A stretch of DNA of 64,000 nucleotides from Candidatus Saccharimonadota bacterium (GCA_012965045.1 DTSZ01000001.1:591629-655628), one strand, 5' to 3'. Shown: positions 47,296 to 57,031, counted from the stretch's first letter. The notes: generated by a model from the letters alone, not told the origin. A program made the numbers and translations.

Positions 47296-49116
47296 TTAGT
47301 CCTTTTTAAGTAACACTGTGAAAGCTTCGGGCGGTATTTCTACTTTACCGAATTTTTTCATTCGTTGTTTACCAGCTTTTTGCTTGGCCCATAATTTCTT
47401 TTTACGAGACACGTCGCCGCCGTATAAATGACCGGTAACATTTTTGCCCAAGGCTTTAATATCTTCACGAGCGAGTATTTTACTGCCAACCGCTGCTTGC
47501 AAAGCAACTTCAAATAGCTGACGCGGAATAACGTCTTTGAGTTTTTCCAACATTTTACGGCCGGTACTTTCTGCTTCTGATTTATGAGTCATAATACTTA
47601 AACTGTCCATGCGCTCACCACCTACTAAAATATCTAAACGTACTAAATCCTGGGCTCTATAATCAGCAATTTCATAGCTTAGTGTGCCGTAGCCGCTGGT
47701 AGTGCTTTTTAGTTGGTCATAAAAATCTGTTAGCACATTTGCCAGTGGTGCCTCAAAGCTTACTGTGGCTAAATGCTCGTCGACATAGCTAATATTTTTC
47801 TGGTGGCCCCGAGTTGAAACAATTAACTGCACAACATTCCCAACATAATCTACGGGTACAATAATTTCACCGCGAATCCACGGCTCACGAATTTCTGCGA
47901 TATGCGTCGGATCAGGCAGGTTGCTGGCCGAACGAATGGTTTGCTCTTCGCCACTGGCCATTACAACGTGGTAGTCGGTCGACGGATTAGTCACAATCAC
48001 CTCAACCCCTTGGTGGCGCTCAATTCGTTCTTGCACAATTTCAAGATGCAACAGACCTAAAAACCCAACCCTAAACCCAAAGCCAAGAATTTGTGAATTT
48101 TCTGGTTCATACACTAAAGCTGCATCATTTAAACTAACTTTTTCTAGTGCGTCTTTGAGGTTTGGGTAGTCGTCGGCGCTAGCTGGAAACACTCCAGCAT
48201 ACACAAATGGTATAGCTTGTTTATAGCCAGGCAAAGCCTCTGCAGTGGTTCCGTGTAATACAACTGTGTCGCCAACGCGAGCGTCGGCAACTGTTTTAAA
48301 GTTGGTAACAATATAGCCAATTTCGCCCGCCTTGAGGCTTGGTGTTGGCACTTGTTTCGGACTAAAAAAGCCAGTAATTAACGCCCGTCCGTCAGCTTTT
48401 GTGCCCAGCATGGTTATGTCGGCGTTCTTTTTAATCTCGCCAGCCACGACTTTTACATACAGCACTACACCTTGATATTCATCCAAAAACGAATCAAAAA
48501 CCAATGCTTTGGCGGTTTCGTCTTTTAGTGGTTGTGGCGGCGGAACGCGCTCAACAACAGCCTTTAAAACGGCCTCAACATTTTGGCCAGTCTTTGCGCT
48601 AATTTCTATAATTTCTTCCCGCTTGCATCCCAGTAAACTAATAACTTCTTTACTAACGCGGTCAACATCGGCCGCAGGCAAGTCTACTTTGTTTAGTACC
48701 GGAATAATCTCTAGATCTTGTTCAAGCGCTAAATACACATTCGCCAGTGTCTGAGCCTGTATACCTTGACTCGCGTCTACGACAAGGATTGCACCTTCCA
48801 CAGCTGCCAAGCTACGACTAACTTCGTAACTAAAGTCGACATGGCCGGGAGTGTCAATCAAGTTGAGTTGATACTCAATTTGATTGACGCCATCTTCCAT
48901 CTTCTTTCTTCCATCTTCCGAATGACGGTACGTCATTCTAACCGGCTGCAATTTTATGGTAATACCTTTTTCCCGCTCCAGATCCATCTGGTCAAGTAGC
49001 TGTTCTTTCATTTCACGCTTGGTAACCGTCCCAGTAATTTCCATAAGCCGATCCGCCAAGGTCGACTTACCGTGGTCAATGTGGGCAATAATGCAGAAAT
49101 TTCTAATATTTTCCAT
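47296..49116 (-). CDS. lepA: Elongation factor 4 (LepA).
   Basis: IRNFCIIAHIDHGKSTLADRL, DTPGHVDF, NKVDL and the LepA C-terminal domain. Start set at ATG 49116. Confidence 0.97.
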   Translation of the reverse strand: MENIRNFCIIAHIDHGKSTLADRLMEITGTVTKREMKEQLLDQMDLEREKGITIKLQPVRMTYRHSEDGRKKMEDGVNQIEYQLNLIDTPGHVDFSYEVSRSLAAVEGAILVVDASQGIQAQTLANVYLALEQDLEIIPVLNKVDLPAADVDRVSKEVISLLGCKREEIIEISAKTGQNVEAVLKAVVERVPPPQPLKDETAKALVFDSFLDEYQGVVLYVKVVAGEIKKNADITMLGTKADGRALITGFFSPKQVPTPSLKAGEIGYIVTNFKTVADARVGDTVVLHGTTAEALPGYKQAIPFVYAGVFPASADDYPNLKDALEKVSLNDAALVYEPENSQILGFGFRVGFLGLLHLEIVQERIERHQGVEVIVTNPSTDYHVVMASGEEQTIRSASNLPDPTHIAEIREPWIRGEIIVPVDYVGNVVQLIVSTRGHQKNISYVDEHLATVSFEAPLANVLTDFYDQLKSTTSGYGTLSYEIADYRAQDLVRLDILVGGERMDSLSIMTHKSEAESTGRKMLEKLKDVIPRQLFEVALQAAVGSKILAREDIKALGKNVTGHLYGGDVSRKKKLWAKQKAGKQRMKKFGKVEIPPEAFTVLLKKD

Positions 49117-49169
49117 GACTAGTAGTGTAACAGAGGTCATTAAATATTACTTTATAGTAGAATAAGTTC

Positions 49170-49739
49170 ATGAACAAAGATGTCGCCTTAGATTCACTAG
49201 AAGTTGTAATTGATAATTCAATAGTGAATCGAATAACTGAAAGTGAAGCCATAAAAGAACTCCCACAAATTCAGTTAGTTTTGGCTAGCTACAGAGTTTT
49301 GTCATCTTATCGCGACAAAAGATTATTAGAAAAGATTTTGGTATTACTCAATAAAACTAGCTCGCACCAAAAGGAACTTTTTGAAATTTTTGCAAAAACT
49401 CATAACCAAAACCTGTTGCTGGATTATCTCGATCAAGCTGAGGATGAATACAAAGTAAAAGTCACTGGTTCTATATTTAATAATTGGGTAACAGAAAAGC
49501 ATGATCAAAATATACTTATGAGATGCCTTGAGATTTTGCAGAATTTATCCCCAGTGGAAATACGTCAAATAATTAGTAATGATACTTTCGGAAGGTACTT
49601 AGGCGAGAAATTATGTTTGCTTGGTATTTGTACCAGAAATTCAAGAGTTGGACAGTGGGACGGCGGAGATCAAGTAGACTTTCCATTAACAAATTTTGGG
49701 AAAACATTTATCAATTTATCTAAAAATTATACTGAATAA
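49170..49739 (+). CDS. Hypothetical protein (189 aa), an AT-rich orphan.
   Basis: ORF with no motif. A hand count of the first 100 nt gives about 33% G+C, which looks lower than its neighbours by eye. Confidence 0.5.
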   Translation: MNKDVALDSLEVVIDNSIVNRITESEAIKELPQIQLVLASYRVLSSYRDKRLLEKILVLLNKTSSHQKELFEIFAKTHNQNLLLDYLDQAEDEYKVKVTGSIFNNWVTEKHDQNILMRCLEILQNLSPVEIRQIISNDTFGRYLGEKLCLLGICTRNSRVGQWDGGDQVDFPLTNFGKTFINLSKNYTE

Positions 49740-49747
49740 ATAAACTT

Positions 49748-49923
49748 GGGTCTGGGCATAAAGTGCACTTTTCCTGAGAAGGCTGTTGTTCAAAAAGATG
49801 TGGGTACCACACCGAGTGAAGCGTGCTTCATAAAGCTGCTGGGTGCAGCTTTATAGAATGCACTCTGAGCGAGAACATCTTTTTAACAACTGATTCTAAA
49901 GAAAAGTACACCCCGCCCAGTGG
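49748..49923 (-). ncRNA. Candidate roughly 175-nt rod-shaped structured RNA (X2) of unknown identity.
   Basis: Nested long-range helices are ctgggc/gcccag, gtgcacttttc/gaaaagtacac and gttgttcaaaaagatgt/acatctttttaacaac, with apical hairpin ataaagctgc-tgggt-gcagctttat. One mismatch is C-A on plus but G-U on minus. Confidence 0.45.
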
Positions 49924-49955
49924 TTTTGGCTACTTTTGGCAGCAAAAGTAGCGAC

Positions 49956-51557
49956 TTATGGTTGGTGAATCTTCAACGGCTTATAAAGCAGCTTCAAGAA
50001 TCCCTTAACAACTGGCTGGGATTCTTTAATTTTTAATAGATGACTAAAGAATACGTAACTGGCAAGAGTAACAACCACAATCACTCCAAATTTAGGTGCA
50101 AGGGCGAAAAAGCCAACATCGCCAGCTTTAAGCGGGAAAATGTAGCGAACAAAAACATAATTAACGACTGACATTCCAAACACTGCAACAAGCATTTTAG
50201 AGGTAGAAATAAAGCTTTCTTTTGTAAAAACGGTGCCGATTCGTTTGGTTAACACGATAACTAAAAACAATACCTCAAAAATGGCGACTGCAGTTTGCGC
50301 CATCGCTAGTCCAACAACGTCATACAGATTTACAAAAACGACTGCTAAACCAATGTTAAGAAGAATTGAGTACACCGAAATTTTTAAGGGGGTAGAAGTG
50401 TCTTGCTGAGCGTAAAAAGCCCGGGTAGCGGCCTGAAACAACGCACGGAAAATTATTGACAGTGTAAACCAGCCTAAAATAGAAACTATTAAGGTGTTTC
50501 CTTGGCCGACCAAAAACCGCACCAAATAACCACGCATAAAGAACGCAATGGCAGCCGCGGGGATCGACAGCCATAGCAAGACATTAAAAACTGACTCAAT
50601 GTCTTTTCTAAACAAATCGGTTCGTTTACTGGCAGCGCGGGCGCTAATTTTAGGAAAAGCCGCGGTTGAAATTGCCACGCCGATAAGCGTAATGGGCACG
50701 CTGCGCAAAACGTAGGCTGTGTTGTAAGCAGCTATCGACCCAACGACCAAAAACGACGCCAAAAAACGCTCAACAATTGAATTTAAATAGTCGATACTTT
50801 GGTCTAACGACCGTGCCGGCAATAGCTTGAGCACTTTTCTAAAGCCACGATTTCGCCAAAATATTTTGCGATCATATTTAAATCCAAGGCCGGCCAAACC
50901 AATAGTTTGAATAATAAGTTGCAATATTGCACCCAATCCCACACCAAGAGCAACACCAACAATCGCCGGATTGTCTTGCGTGCCAATTGCAGGGGCGAAC
51001 CAAACAATTCCAGTAATTATGCCGATGTTGTAAACAACGGGGGCCAGCGAGTTAAAAAAGAACCGACCAAAAGCCTGCTGCATGCTGGCAAGCACACTAC
51101 TAATAGAAAACAGGAACGGATTAACGGCAATTATTCGCATTAAGTTTGCAGCTGTGTCTTGAACCTCTTTAGGCGAGCCAGCAGCAATGAGTTTTACCAG
51201 TGGTGGTGCAAAAATAAAAATAACTATACTGGTAATTGCCGTACCAATAGCAAACAGATTCATCAAACTTGCAGAAATTTGCCAAGCAGACTCTTTGTTA
51301 CCAGTCTGCAAGCGTTGAGACAATACCGGTATCAGGGTAACGCTGAGCGCCCCAGACACCAATAAATAAAACATAAAGTCTGGTATAGAAAAGGCAATAA
51401 TGTAGGCATCGAGTGTCGGGCCCAGACCAAATTTGGCAATTAAAAGCTTTTCGCGCAACAGACCAAGTACCGCACTAACTGCAAAGCTTCCTGACAAAAT
51501 CCAGGCAGCTTTACCAACTGTTAGGGAACTATTCGCTCTGCTGATTATGTTTTTCAT
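49956..51557 (-). CDS. murJ: Lipid II flippase MurJ.
   Basis: LGLLREKLLIAKFGLGPTLDAYIIAFSIPDF and about 14 TM segments. Start set at ATG 51557. Confidence 0.85.
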   Translation of the reverse strand: MKNIISRANSSLTVGKAAWILSGSFAVSAVLGLLREKLLIAKFGLGPTLDAYIIAFSIPDFMFYLLVSGALSVTLIPVLSQRLQTGNKESAWQISASLMNLFAIGTAITSIVIFIFAPPLVKLIAAGSPKEVQDTAANLMRIIAVNPFLFSISSVLASMQQAFGRFFFNSLAPVVYNIGIITGIVWFAPAIGTQDNPAIVGVALGVGLGAILQLIIQTIGLAGLGFKYDRKIFWRNRGFRKVLKLLPARSLDQSIDYLNSIVERFLASFLVVGSIAAYNTAYVLRSVPITLIGVAISTAAFPKISARAASKRTDLFRKDIESVFNVLLWLSIPAAAIAFFMRGYLVRFLVGQGNTLIVSILGWFTLSIIFRALFQAATRAFYAQQDTSTPLKISVYSILLNIGLAVVFVNLYDVVGLAMAQTAVAIFEVLFLVIVLTKRIGTVFTKESFISTSKMLVAVFGMSVVNYVFVRYIFPLKAGDVGFFALAPKFGVIVVVTLASYVFFSHLLKIKESQPVVKGFLKLLYKPLKIHQP

Positions 51558-51698
51558 CGTTACTACTAGTATCGCACCCCAAATCAAATCAAACCAGTCA
51601 AAAACCGCCAAACGCATATGCACACGAACAAACAGCAAACATGCTCTATAGCCCGCCACACAGCCAAAATTATTTTAAAACTATTTTTTATCTATTTT

Positions 51699-51720
51699 AA
51701 AATTATTTTAAAATAATTTT
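51699..51720. promoter_or_regulatory. Perfect 22-bp AT palindrome in the murJ upstream region, with a half-site repeat at 51666-51680.
   Basis: aaaattattttaaaataatttt equals its own reverse complement. Confidence 0.4.
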
Positions 51721-51774
51721 TTCATAATAGGGCAGTAGAGCACTTTACTGCCGTATTAGTCCTAAGCTCTAAGC

Positions 51775-53139
51775 CTACTCGTTGCTATTGGTGGGTTCTG
51801 TTTTGCTGCCGTGTTTTAGAATCGAATCTTTGTGGTGCCACCAATACCACGCTATGTACCCCATCCCTGCCAATCCAATAACACTACTACCAATGATAAG
51901 AGCTTTGTTTAATCCATCGTCAGAACTGTTCTGGGTGTCTACTTGTTGAGCCCCATCCTCTTCTACTACTGTATTTTCATCAACACTAAACTGCGCTACA
52001 ACAGCTGGTTCACTTTCTTGACCGGTTTCAGTATCTACTACTGCAACTTCAACATGATGATCGCCTGGCTCTAGATTTGTTATGGTGTACTCCCAGTAGC
52101 CTTCTTCATCTGTTTGTACGGTTGCCTCTTGCGGTTCCGAGAAAATATATAGTTTTATTGTTGTATTTGGGTCTGCTTGGCCAGAAATTTTTACAGGTTG
52201 ATCTTTTGCAAATTTCGGCTTTGCATCGGCGACGGTAGTATCGTGTTCTTCGTCGTTAAGCTTCACTGACTCAAATACAGTTTCTTTCTCGTCTCCACTG
52301 CTGTCTTCGTCTTCTTGGGTATTGGTTTCTTGCGCTGTGTCAGCTGATGTATCAGTAGCAGACGTTGTGGATGAGGATGCAGAAGAAGTCTTATTGTCGG
52401 GGGTTGTACTGGTTGTAGGTTTTGTATCAAAATATGCTACTGCTACAACGCTACCAACTGCAGAATTTACGTAGGCATTTGAGCAAGTTGAACTTGTAAG
52501 CCTTCCAGAAGACGCACCTTTGCCGCCTCCAGACAAACATGTTCCCCCGCCTTCTGACTGCGTACCCCAGCCTGCGAATACCGAATTAGAACTTGGCGTG
52601 GCTGTTAGTTTATAATTTGTTGATGTCGGGATAACTTCCGAACAATCACTCGGGCAATTAATGCCCGCAGGAGTGCTTTTAACTGTTCCCGATCCAGAAC
52701 CTTTTATTACTGTGCTCAACGGGCCATGAGTGTAGCCAAAATACATTGAAATATCTGCTCCTGCAGCTAATCGGGAGTCGGCCAAATCAACAGTACAGGA
52801 ACTACTATAGTTGCCTTCTATACACGAAATAATAGATGTGTCATCTGCTGGGCTAACAGTCCATTTGCCTACATCCCTATGTGTAGATGGTGCTGCAGTT
52901 AATACAACTTGAGTATTCTCTGGAAACTGAGCGGTACATGCACCAGGGCAATTAATACCAGCTGGTGAACTGGAAATAGCCCCACCCTCTCCGCCTTTGT
53001 CAATCACAATCTCTATTGTTTGTGTGCCAGTAGCCGTCACGTCAAGCGCGCTTGTAAAAAGATAGCCTAATGATAAAAATACTGCAGCGAAAGATATGAA
53101 AAATCCTGCATGCTTTATATGGTGTTTTTGTAACCTCAT
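51775..53139 (-). CDS. Surface protein with two divergent InlB-B-repeat-like modules, an S/T-rich linker, an Ig-like domain and a C-terminal TM anchor.
   Basis: SSPAGINCPGACTAQF and STPAGINCPSDCSEVIP repeats. ALIIGSSVIGLAGMGYIAWYWW anchor. The start is uncertain: 53139, 53169 or 53181. Confidence 0.65.
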   Translation of the reverse strand: MRLQKHHIKHAGFFISFAAVFLSLGYLFTSALDVTATGTQTIEIVIDKGGEGGAISSSPAGINCPGACTAQFPENTQVVLTAAPSTHRDVGKWTVSPADDTSIISCIEGNYSSSCTVDLADSRLAAGADISMYFGYTHGPLSTVIKGSGSGTVKSTPAGINCPSDCSEVIPTSTNYKLTATPSSNSVFAGWGTQSEGGGTCLSGGGKGASSGRLTSSTCSNAYVNSAVGSVVAVAYFDTKPTTSTTPDNKTSSASSSTTSATDTSADTAQETNTQEDEDSSGDEKETVFESVKLNDEEHDTTVADAKPKFAKDQPVKISGQADPNTTIKLYIFSEPQEATVQTDEEGYWEYTITNLEPGDHHVEVAVVDTETGQESEPAVVAQFSVDENTVVEEDGAQQVDTQNSSDDGLNKALIIGSSVIGLAGMGYIAWYWWHHKDSILKHGSKTEPTNSNE

Positions 53140-53266
53140 GTTTGTGTCCTGTTTATGCTTACTTTGCATTATATAACACAACTAACACAAACCATCACCA
53201 ACACCCCAATGAGGTAAATTCCAACTTGATATTAAACACCCTTATGCAAAATCACCGTTCTAGTTT

Positions 53267-53596
53267 TCAACCCCCCTTACGAGGAAAGCGGTCAATGTCG
53301 CGGTGCATCATTTTAGCTATGCCCTGCTCAATTCCTTTACTTAAGTCAATATTTTGTGAGTTTGCTAAACAAATAAGGGCAATTAAAATATCTCCTAATT
53401 CCTCTTGTAGATGAGAAATATCCTCACCGGGTTTTGGTGGCTTTGGGCCAAATTCTCTATTTAATATCCGGCCGACCTCTCCAAGCTCTTCAATTAAACG
53501 AGCAAGGTTTTCGTGTGGTGACCAGTATTTTGGTTCGTATTGTTGTTCTTCTAAAAAAGTATCAATTATCGACTGGTAGTCGCTTAAAGTTTTCAT
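53267..53596 (-). CDS. MazG-like nucleotide pyrophosphohydrolase.
   Basis: LIEELGEVGR...LQEELGDILIALICLAN, the paired EExxE/D motifs. Confidence 0.8.
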   Translation of the reverse strand: MKTLSDYQSIIDTFLEEQQYEPKYWSPHENLARLIEELGEVGRILNREFGPKPPKPGEDISHLQEELGDILIALICLANSQNIDLSKGIEQGIAKMMHRDIDRFPRKGG

Positions 53597-53613
53597 GGTG
53601 TCTCCTTATTTTA

Positions 53614-54087
53614 TTATGTATGGGTAAATAGTTGACGCTTTTCATCTTCGCTTAGGTAGGTTTTACCGCCGTTAAAATAGCAGTGCAGCCCAACTTTACT
53701 CGGTTCAAAATGTGGTTCTGGTACTTCGTGCCATGGCAACCACCAGTAACCTTCGTTTTTATCTGGTTCACGGTTTTGCAGGGTGCCGTTAAAGTGTATT
53801 GTGTGAAGAATTATCGAGATCGTATGTATTCCGGCCGCTTCAACTAGACTCAAGTTATTCACCACGCCCATAACGCGCCAAGCTTTTTCGTCTACCCTTA
53901 GACCGGCTTCTTCATACAATTCTCTGCTGGCAGCTTTTTCAAACTCTTCGCCATAATCAAGCTTGCCGCCCGGTATTGAATACTGGCCGGCAGCATGGCT
54001 GCCTATTCTACGACCTATTAAAACGGCGTCGTCGTCAATACTTTCAACAATCAAGCCCACCCCAACAATTGGAGGGGTTTCGCTCAT
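53614..54087 (-). CDS. Nudix hydrolase.
   Basis: Nudix box GGKLDYGEEFEKAASRELYEEAGL. Confidence 0.85.
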   Translation of the reverse strand: MSETPPIVGVGLIVESIDDDAVLIGRRIGSHAAGQYSIPGGKLDYGEEFEKAASRELYEEAGLRVDEKAWRVMGVVNNLSLVEAAGIHTISIILHTIHFNGTLQNREPDKNEGYWWLPWHEVPEPHFEPSKVGLHCYFNGGKTYLSEDEKRQLFTHT

Positions 54088-54090
54088 ACG

Positions 54091-55968
54091 CTAAATCGCA
54101 GCAGTTTTCGGCATCTTTGTGCCTTCAAAGACTTCTTCTACCTGTTTTTCGTCAACAGTTTCGATATCGAGCAGTTTGTCGGCTAAGGCTTTAAGGTACT
54201 TTTTATTGGCTTTAATTACTTCCTCGGCACGGTGAGCAGCTTCGGCAATAAGACCTTCTACCTGGAAGTCGATTTCTCTAGCAGTTTCTTCACTATACGG
54301 ACGGTCATGCACCATGCGGTCAAACATCATGCCGCTCTGTTGGTCGGCGGTAAAGACCATGTTACGCAGTTTCTTAGTTCCCATTCCCTGCTCGATCACC
54401 ATTTCACGAGCTAGTTCTGCAGCCTTTTTAAGGTCGCTGCCAGCACCAGTCGTAACGTTGTCGACGCCGTAAATGATCTTTTCTGCAATACGTCCGCCCA
54501 GTATTCGAGCCAGTACATCTTTGTATTCATTGATTGAATGGTAAGACTTGTCTTCTGGTGGGATAGCCCATGTAACACCACCTGTACCACCACGAGGAAT
54601 AATAGTCACCTTGTGAATAGGGTCGCTCAGCGGCAGTACGTGGCCGACCAAAGCGTGCCCCGCTTCGTGATAGGCAGTTAGTTCTTTGTCTTTTTCGTTC
54701 ATAATTTTGTTTTTGCGCTCTGGACCAATTGCTACACGCTCAAAAGCATTAGTTACGTCATCATTACTAATTGTTTTGCTGTTACGACGGGCAGCTAAAA
54801 TAGCTGACTCGTTAGCAATGTTCATCAGATCAGCTCCAGATGAACCAGCTGTTTTAGCAGCAAGAGCATCAAGATTTACTGATTTGTCGGTTGGCTTCTT
54901 TTTAAAGTGAACGTTTAGAATTGCTTCGCGGTCTTTTCTATCTGGTAGTGGTATGGTTACTCGTCGGTCAAAACGGCCCGGTCGCAATAGAGCTGGGTCA
55001 AGAACGTCAGGACGGTTAGTAGCAGCGATAACAATTACATTCGTGCCTTGTTCAAAGCCATCCATTTCTACAAGAATCTGGTTGAGGGTTTGCTCTCGTT
55101 CGTCATGTCCACCACCCATTCCAGAGCCTCGTCGACGACCGACTGCATCAATTTCGTCAATAAAGATAATGCAGGGGCTATTCTTCTTAGCCTTAGCAAA
55201 CAAGTCACGTACTCGGCTGGCGCCTACACCAACAAACATTTCTACAAATTCTGAGCCACTGATACTAAAGAACGGCACGCCTGCCTCACCAGCTACGGCT
55301 CGAGCCATTAAGGTTTTACCAGTACCCGGGCTACCAACCAGCAATACTCCTTTAGGAATTTTTGCGCCAACTTCGCGGAACTTTTTAGGGAATTTTAAAA
55401 ACTCTACGACTTCTTGCAGCTCTTCTTTAGACTCTTCGTTACCTGCAACTTCACTAAAAGTAACTTTTTCTTTGGTGTCACCAAAAACTTTTGCACGTGA
55501 CTTACCAAAGTTCATAGCTTGGTTGCCTTGGCCCTGAGCTTGTTTCATGAAATAGAACAAAATAAACACAAATAGTACCAGCGGACCGAAGGCAAACAGT
55601 ACTTGCGTCCACACCTGGCCAGAATCATTTACGTCTTCGCTTTTTACCGAAACAGTTCCTTCTTCGATACCACGTTCACGTAGTTCGGTAGAAACTGACA
55701 AGCCATCCTCTTTTTGAGAAACAAAATCCGGCTCTACACTTCCATCTACATCGGCGACTTCTTCGTCGTATAGCTCTAGGTCGTTACCTTTAACGATAAT
55801 GGTATTTACTTCGTTGTTGCGGACTTTATTAACAACCTCGGTAAATGATATTTCAGGAATATTAGACGGTTGATTAAATACGGCCACCACCAGTAAACCG
55901 ATTACTATCAGTAGTGCTGCGAAGCCGAAATTCTTCTGCTGTTTTTTGTTATTCTTCATTTTATCCAT
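54091..55968 (-). CDS. ftsH: ATP-dependent zinc metalloprotease FtsH.
   Basis: [20 protein letters not shown], the SRH, and HEAGHAL zinc site. Confidence 0.98.
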   Translation of the reverse strand: MDKMKNNKKQQKNFGFAALLIVIGLLVVAVFNQPSNIPEISFTEVVNKVRNNEVNTIIVKGNDLELYDEEVADVDGSVEPDFVSQKEDGLSVSTELRERGIEEGTVSVKSEDVNDSGQVWTQVLFAFGPLVLFVFILFYFMKQAQGQGNQAMNFGKSRAKVFGDTKEKVTFSEVAGNEESKEELQEVVEFLKFPKKFREVGAKIPKGVLLVGSPGTGKTLMARAVAGEAGVPFFSISGSEFVEMFVGVGASRVRDLFAKAKKNSPCIIFIDEIDAVGRRRGSGMGGGHDEREQTLNQILVEMDGFEQGTNVIVIAATNRPDVLDPALLRPGRFDRRVTIPLPDRKDREAILNVHFKKKPTDKSVNLDALAAKTAGSSGADLMNIANESAILAARRNSKTISNDDVTNAFERVAIGPERKNKIMNEKDKELTAYHEAGHALVGHVLPLSDPIHKVTIIPRGGTGGVTWAIPPEDKSYHSINEYKDVLARILGGRIAEKIIYGVDNVTTGAGSDLKKAAELAREMVIEQGMGTKKLRNMVFTADQQSGMMFDRMVHDRPYSEETAREIDFQVEGLIAEAAHRAEEVIKANKKYLKALADKLLDIETVDEKQVEEVFEGTKMPKTAAI

Positions 55969-55999
55969 AATATGGTTTGTTCCTCTCTGTAGTGTCTCA

Positions 56000-57031
56000 C
56001 TATTTTAGCACTTCCATACGTGGAGTGCTAATCCGCACAATTGATGAAATTTGCTTCTGGTGCTTGAGCTCTATTCTACTGCCAAGTTCGGTAATTTTAC
56101 TAGGTAAAGACGCATTAATCGAGTCTGCTCCCCTCGTAATTTGCTCTGTATTGAGCTCGGCATCGCTATTTAATCGCAACACCAAAAACCTCAGTAGCTC
56201 ATGTTGTATTTTTTGATCGAGACTTGAAAAAGCCTGCCTGTCGACGTTAATGCGTGCACCCTGTTTATCAGAAACCGCTTTTTCGATACCACCTAACAAC
56301 TCGTCGATTTCTGCATTAATTGTAAGCATGCGGCTGTATATTTTTTGTAGTTTTTTAGACGTATTTTGAGCCCGCCCCAGCTTTGCTCGAATTGCATTAC
56401 GGGTATAGGTGTTGTCTTTGTTGGTTGAATCCTCGACAAACTCTATATTATGCGCAACACAGTACTCATAAATTTGATTTTTAGTTACGTTTAATAACGG
56501 CCGTTTTATATGCAGCGTTTCTTTTAGTGACGTCAACCCACTCCGCCCCGTTCCCCGTTGAAGGTTAATAAGAATTGTTTCCGCAATATCGTCGGCATGG
56601 TGGGCGGTAATAATTGCAGTGGCATCATGCTTTACGCGAAGGTCGTGCAAAAACTCCCACCGACCGGCACGGGCAGCTGCTTCACTTTTTTTAGGCAGTG
56701 TGAGTTTAGTTGATACGTAGTTGAGCTTATATTTTTGCGCAAGTTCGCGCACAAAGCGCTCATCGTCGCTGCTGTCGGTACGCCAACCATGGTCAACATG
56801 CGCTACGATAAGTTCGTATCTATTTTTTATTTTTCTTTTTTCACCTTTCATTGATTTTTCATTATTCGGTTGATCATTGGTAGATTCTAAATTATTCCGA
56901 ACCAGCCTGTCTGTGGGCAAGACTGCGAACTGCGAACTGCGAACTGCTAGCCTGTGCAGCAGCACAACCGAATCTACCCCACCAGACACTGCCACAATGT
57001 ACTTCCCTGGTTTCGGCCATAAAATTTCCAT
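56000..57031 (-). CDS. tilS: tRNA(Ile)-lysidine synthase TilS, with a roughly 40-aa insert after the PP-loop.
   Basis: VAVSGGVDSVVLLH PP-loop, AHVDHGWR, TAHHADD. Start set at ATG 57031. Confidence 0.85.
   Translation of the reverse strand: MEILWPKPGKYIVAVSGGVDSVVLLHRLAVRSSQFAVLPTDRLVRNNLESTNDQPNNEKSMKGEKRKIKNRYELIVAHVDHGWRTDSSDDERFVRELAQKYKLNYVSTKLTLPKKSEAAARAGRWEFLHDLRVKHDATAIITAHHADDIAETILINLQRGTGRSGLTSLKETLHIKRPLLNVTKNQIYEYCVAHNIEFVEDSTNKDNTYTRNAIRAKLGRAQNTSKKLQKIYSRMLTINAEIDELLGGIEKAVSDKQGARINVDRQAFSSLDQKIQHELLRFLVLRLNSDAELNTEQITRGADSINASLPSKITELGSRIELKHQKQISSIVRISTPRMEVLK
56005..56031. promoter_or_regulatory. CIRCE-like operator (TTAGCACTT-N9-GAGTGCTAA) 37-63 nt upstream of ftsH, overlapping the last codons of tilS.
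   Basis: 17 of 18 match to the CIRCE consensus. Confidence 0.75.
56923..56947. repeat. Tandem heptamer (CTGCGAA) x 3.6 inside tilS.
   Basis: ctgcgaactgcgaactgcgaactgc, which encodes AVRSSQFAV on the minus strand. Confidence 0.9.

Noticed and set aside
49748-49923. X2 element as 5S rRNA or SRP RNA.
   Set aside because: ACCGAGUGAAGCG loosely recalls the 5S CCGAAC...GUGAAAC region. However, the length (about 175 nt), the missing GGUAG/loop E features and the absence of neighbouring rRNA genes argue against 5S. There is no GGAA-capped domain IV with the AGCAGCC motif, which argues against SRP RNA.
54953-55537. Long antisense ORFs inside well-supported genes, for example 194 aa antisense to ftsH, 175 aa antisense to rny (4525-5052), 143 aa antisense to the M14 gene (598-1029) and 194 aa antisense to comEC (24401-24985).
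   Set aside because: These are shadow ORFs opposite strongly supported conserved genes. Their sequences are low-complexity and S/R/L-rich.
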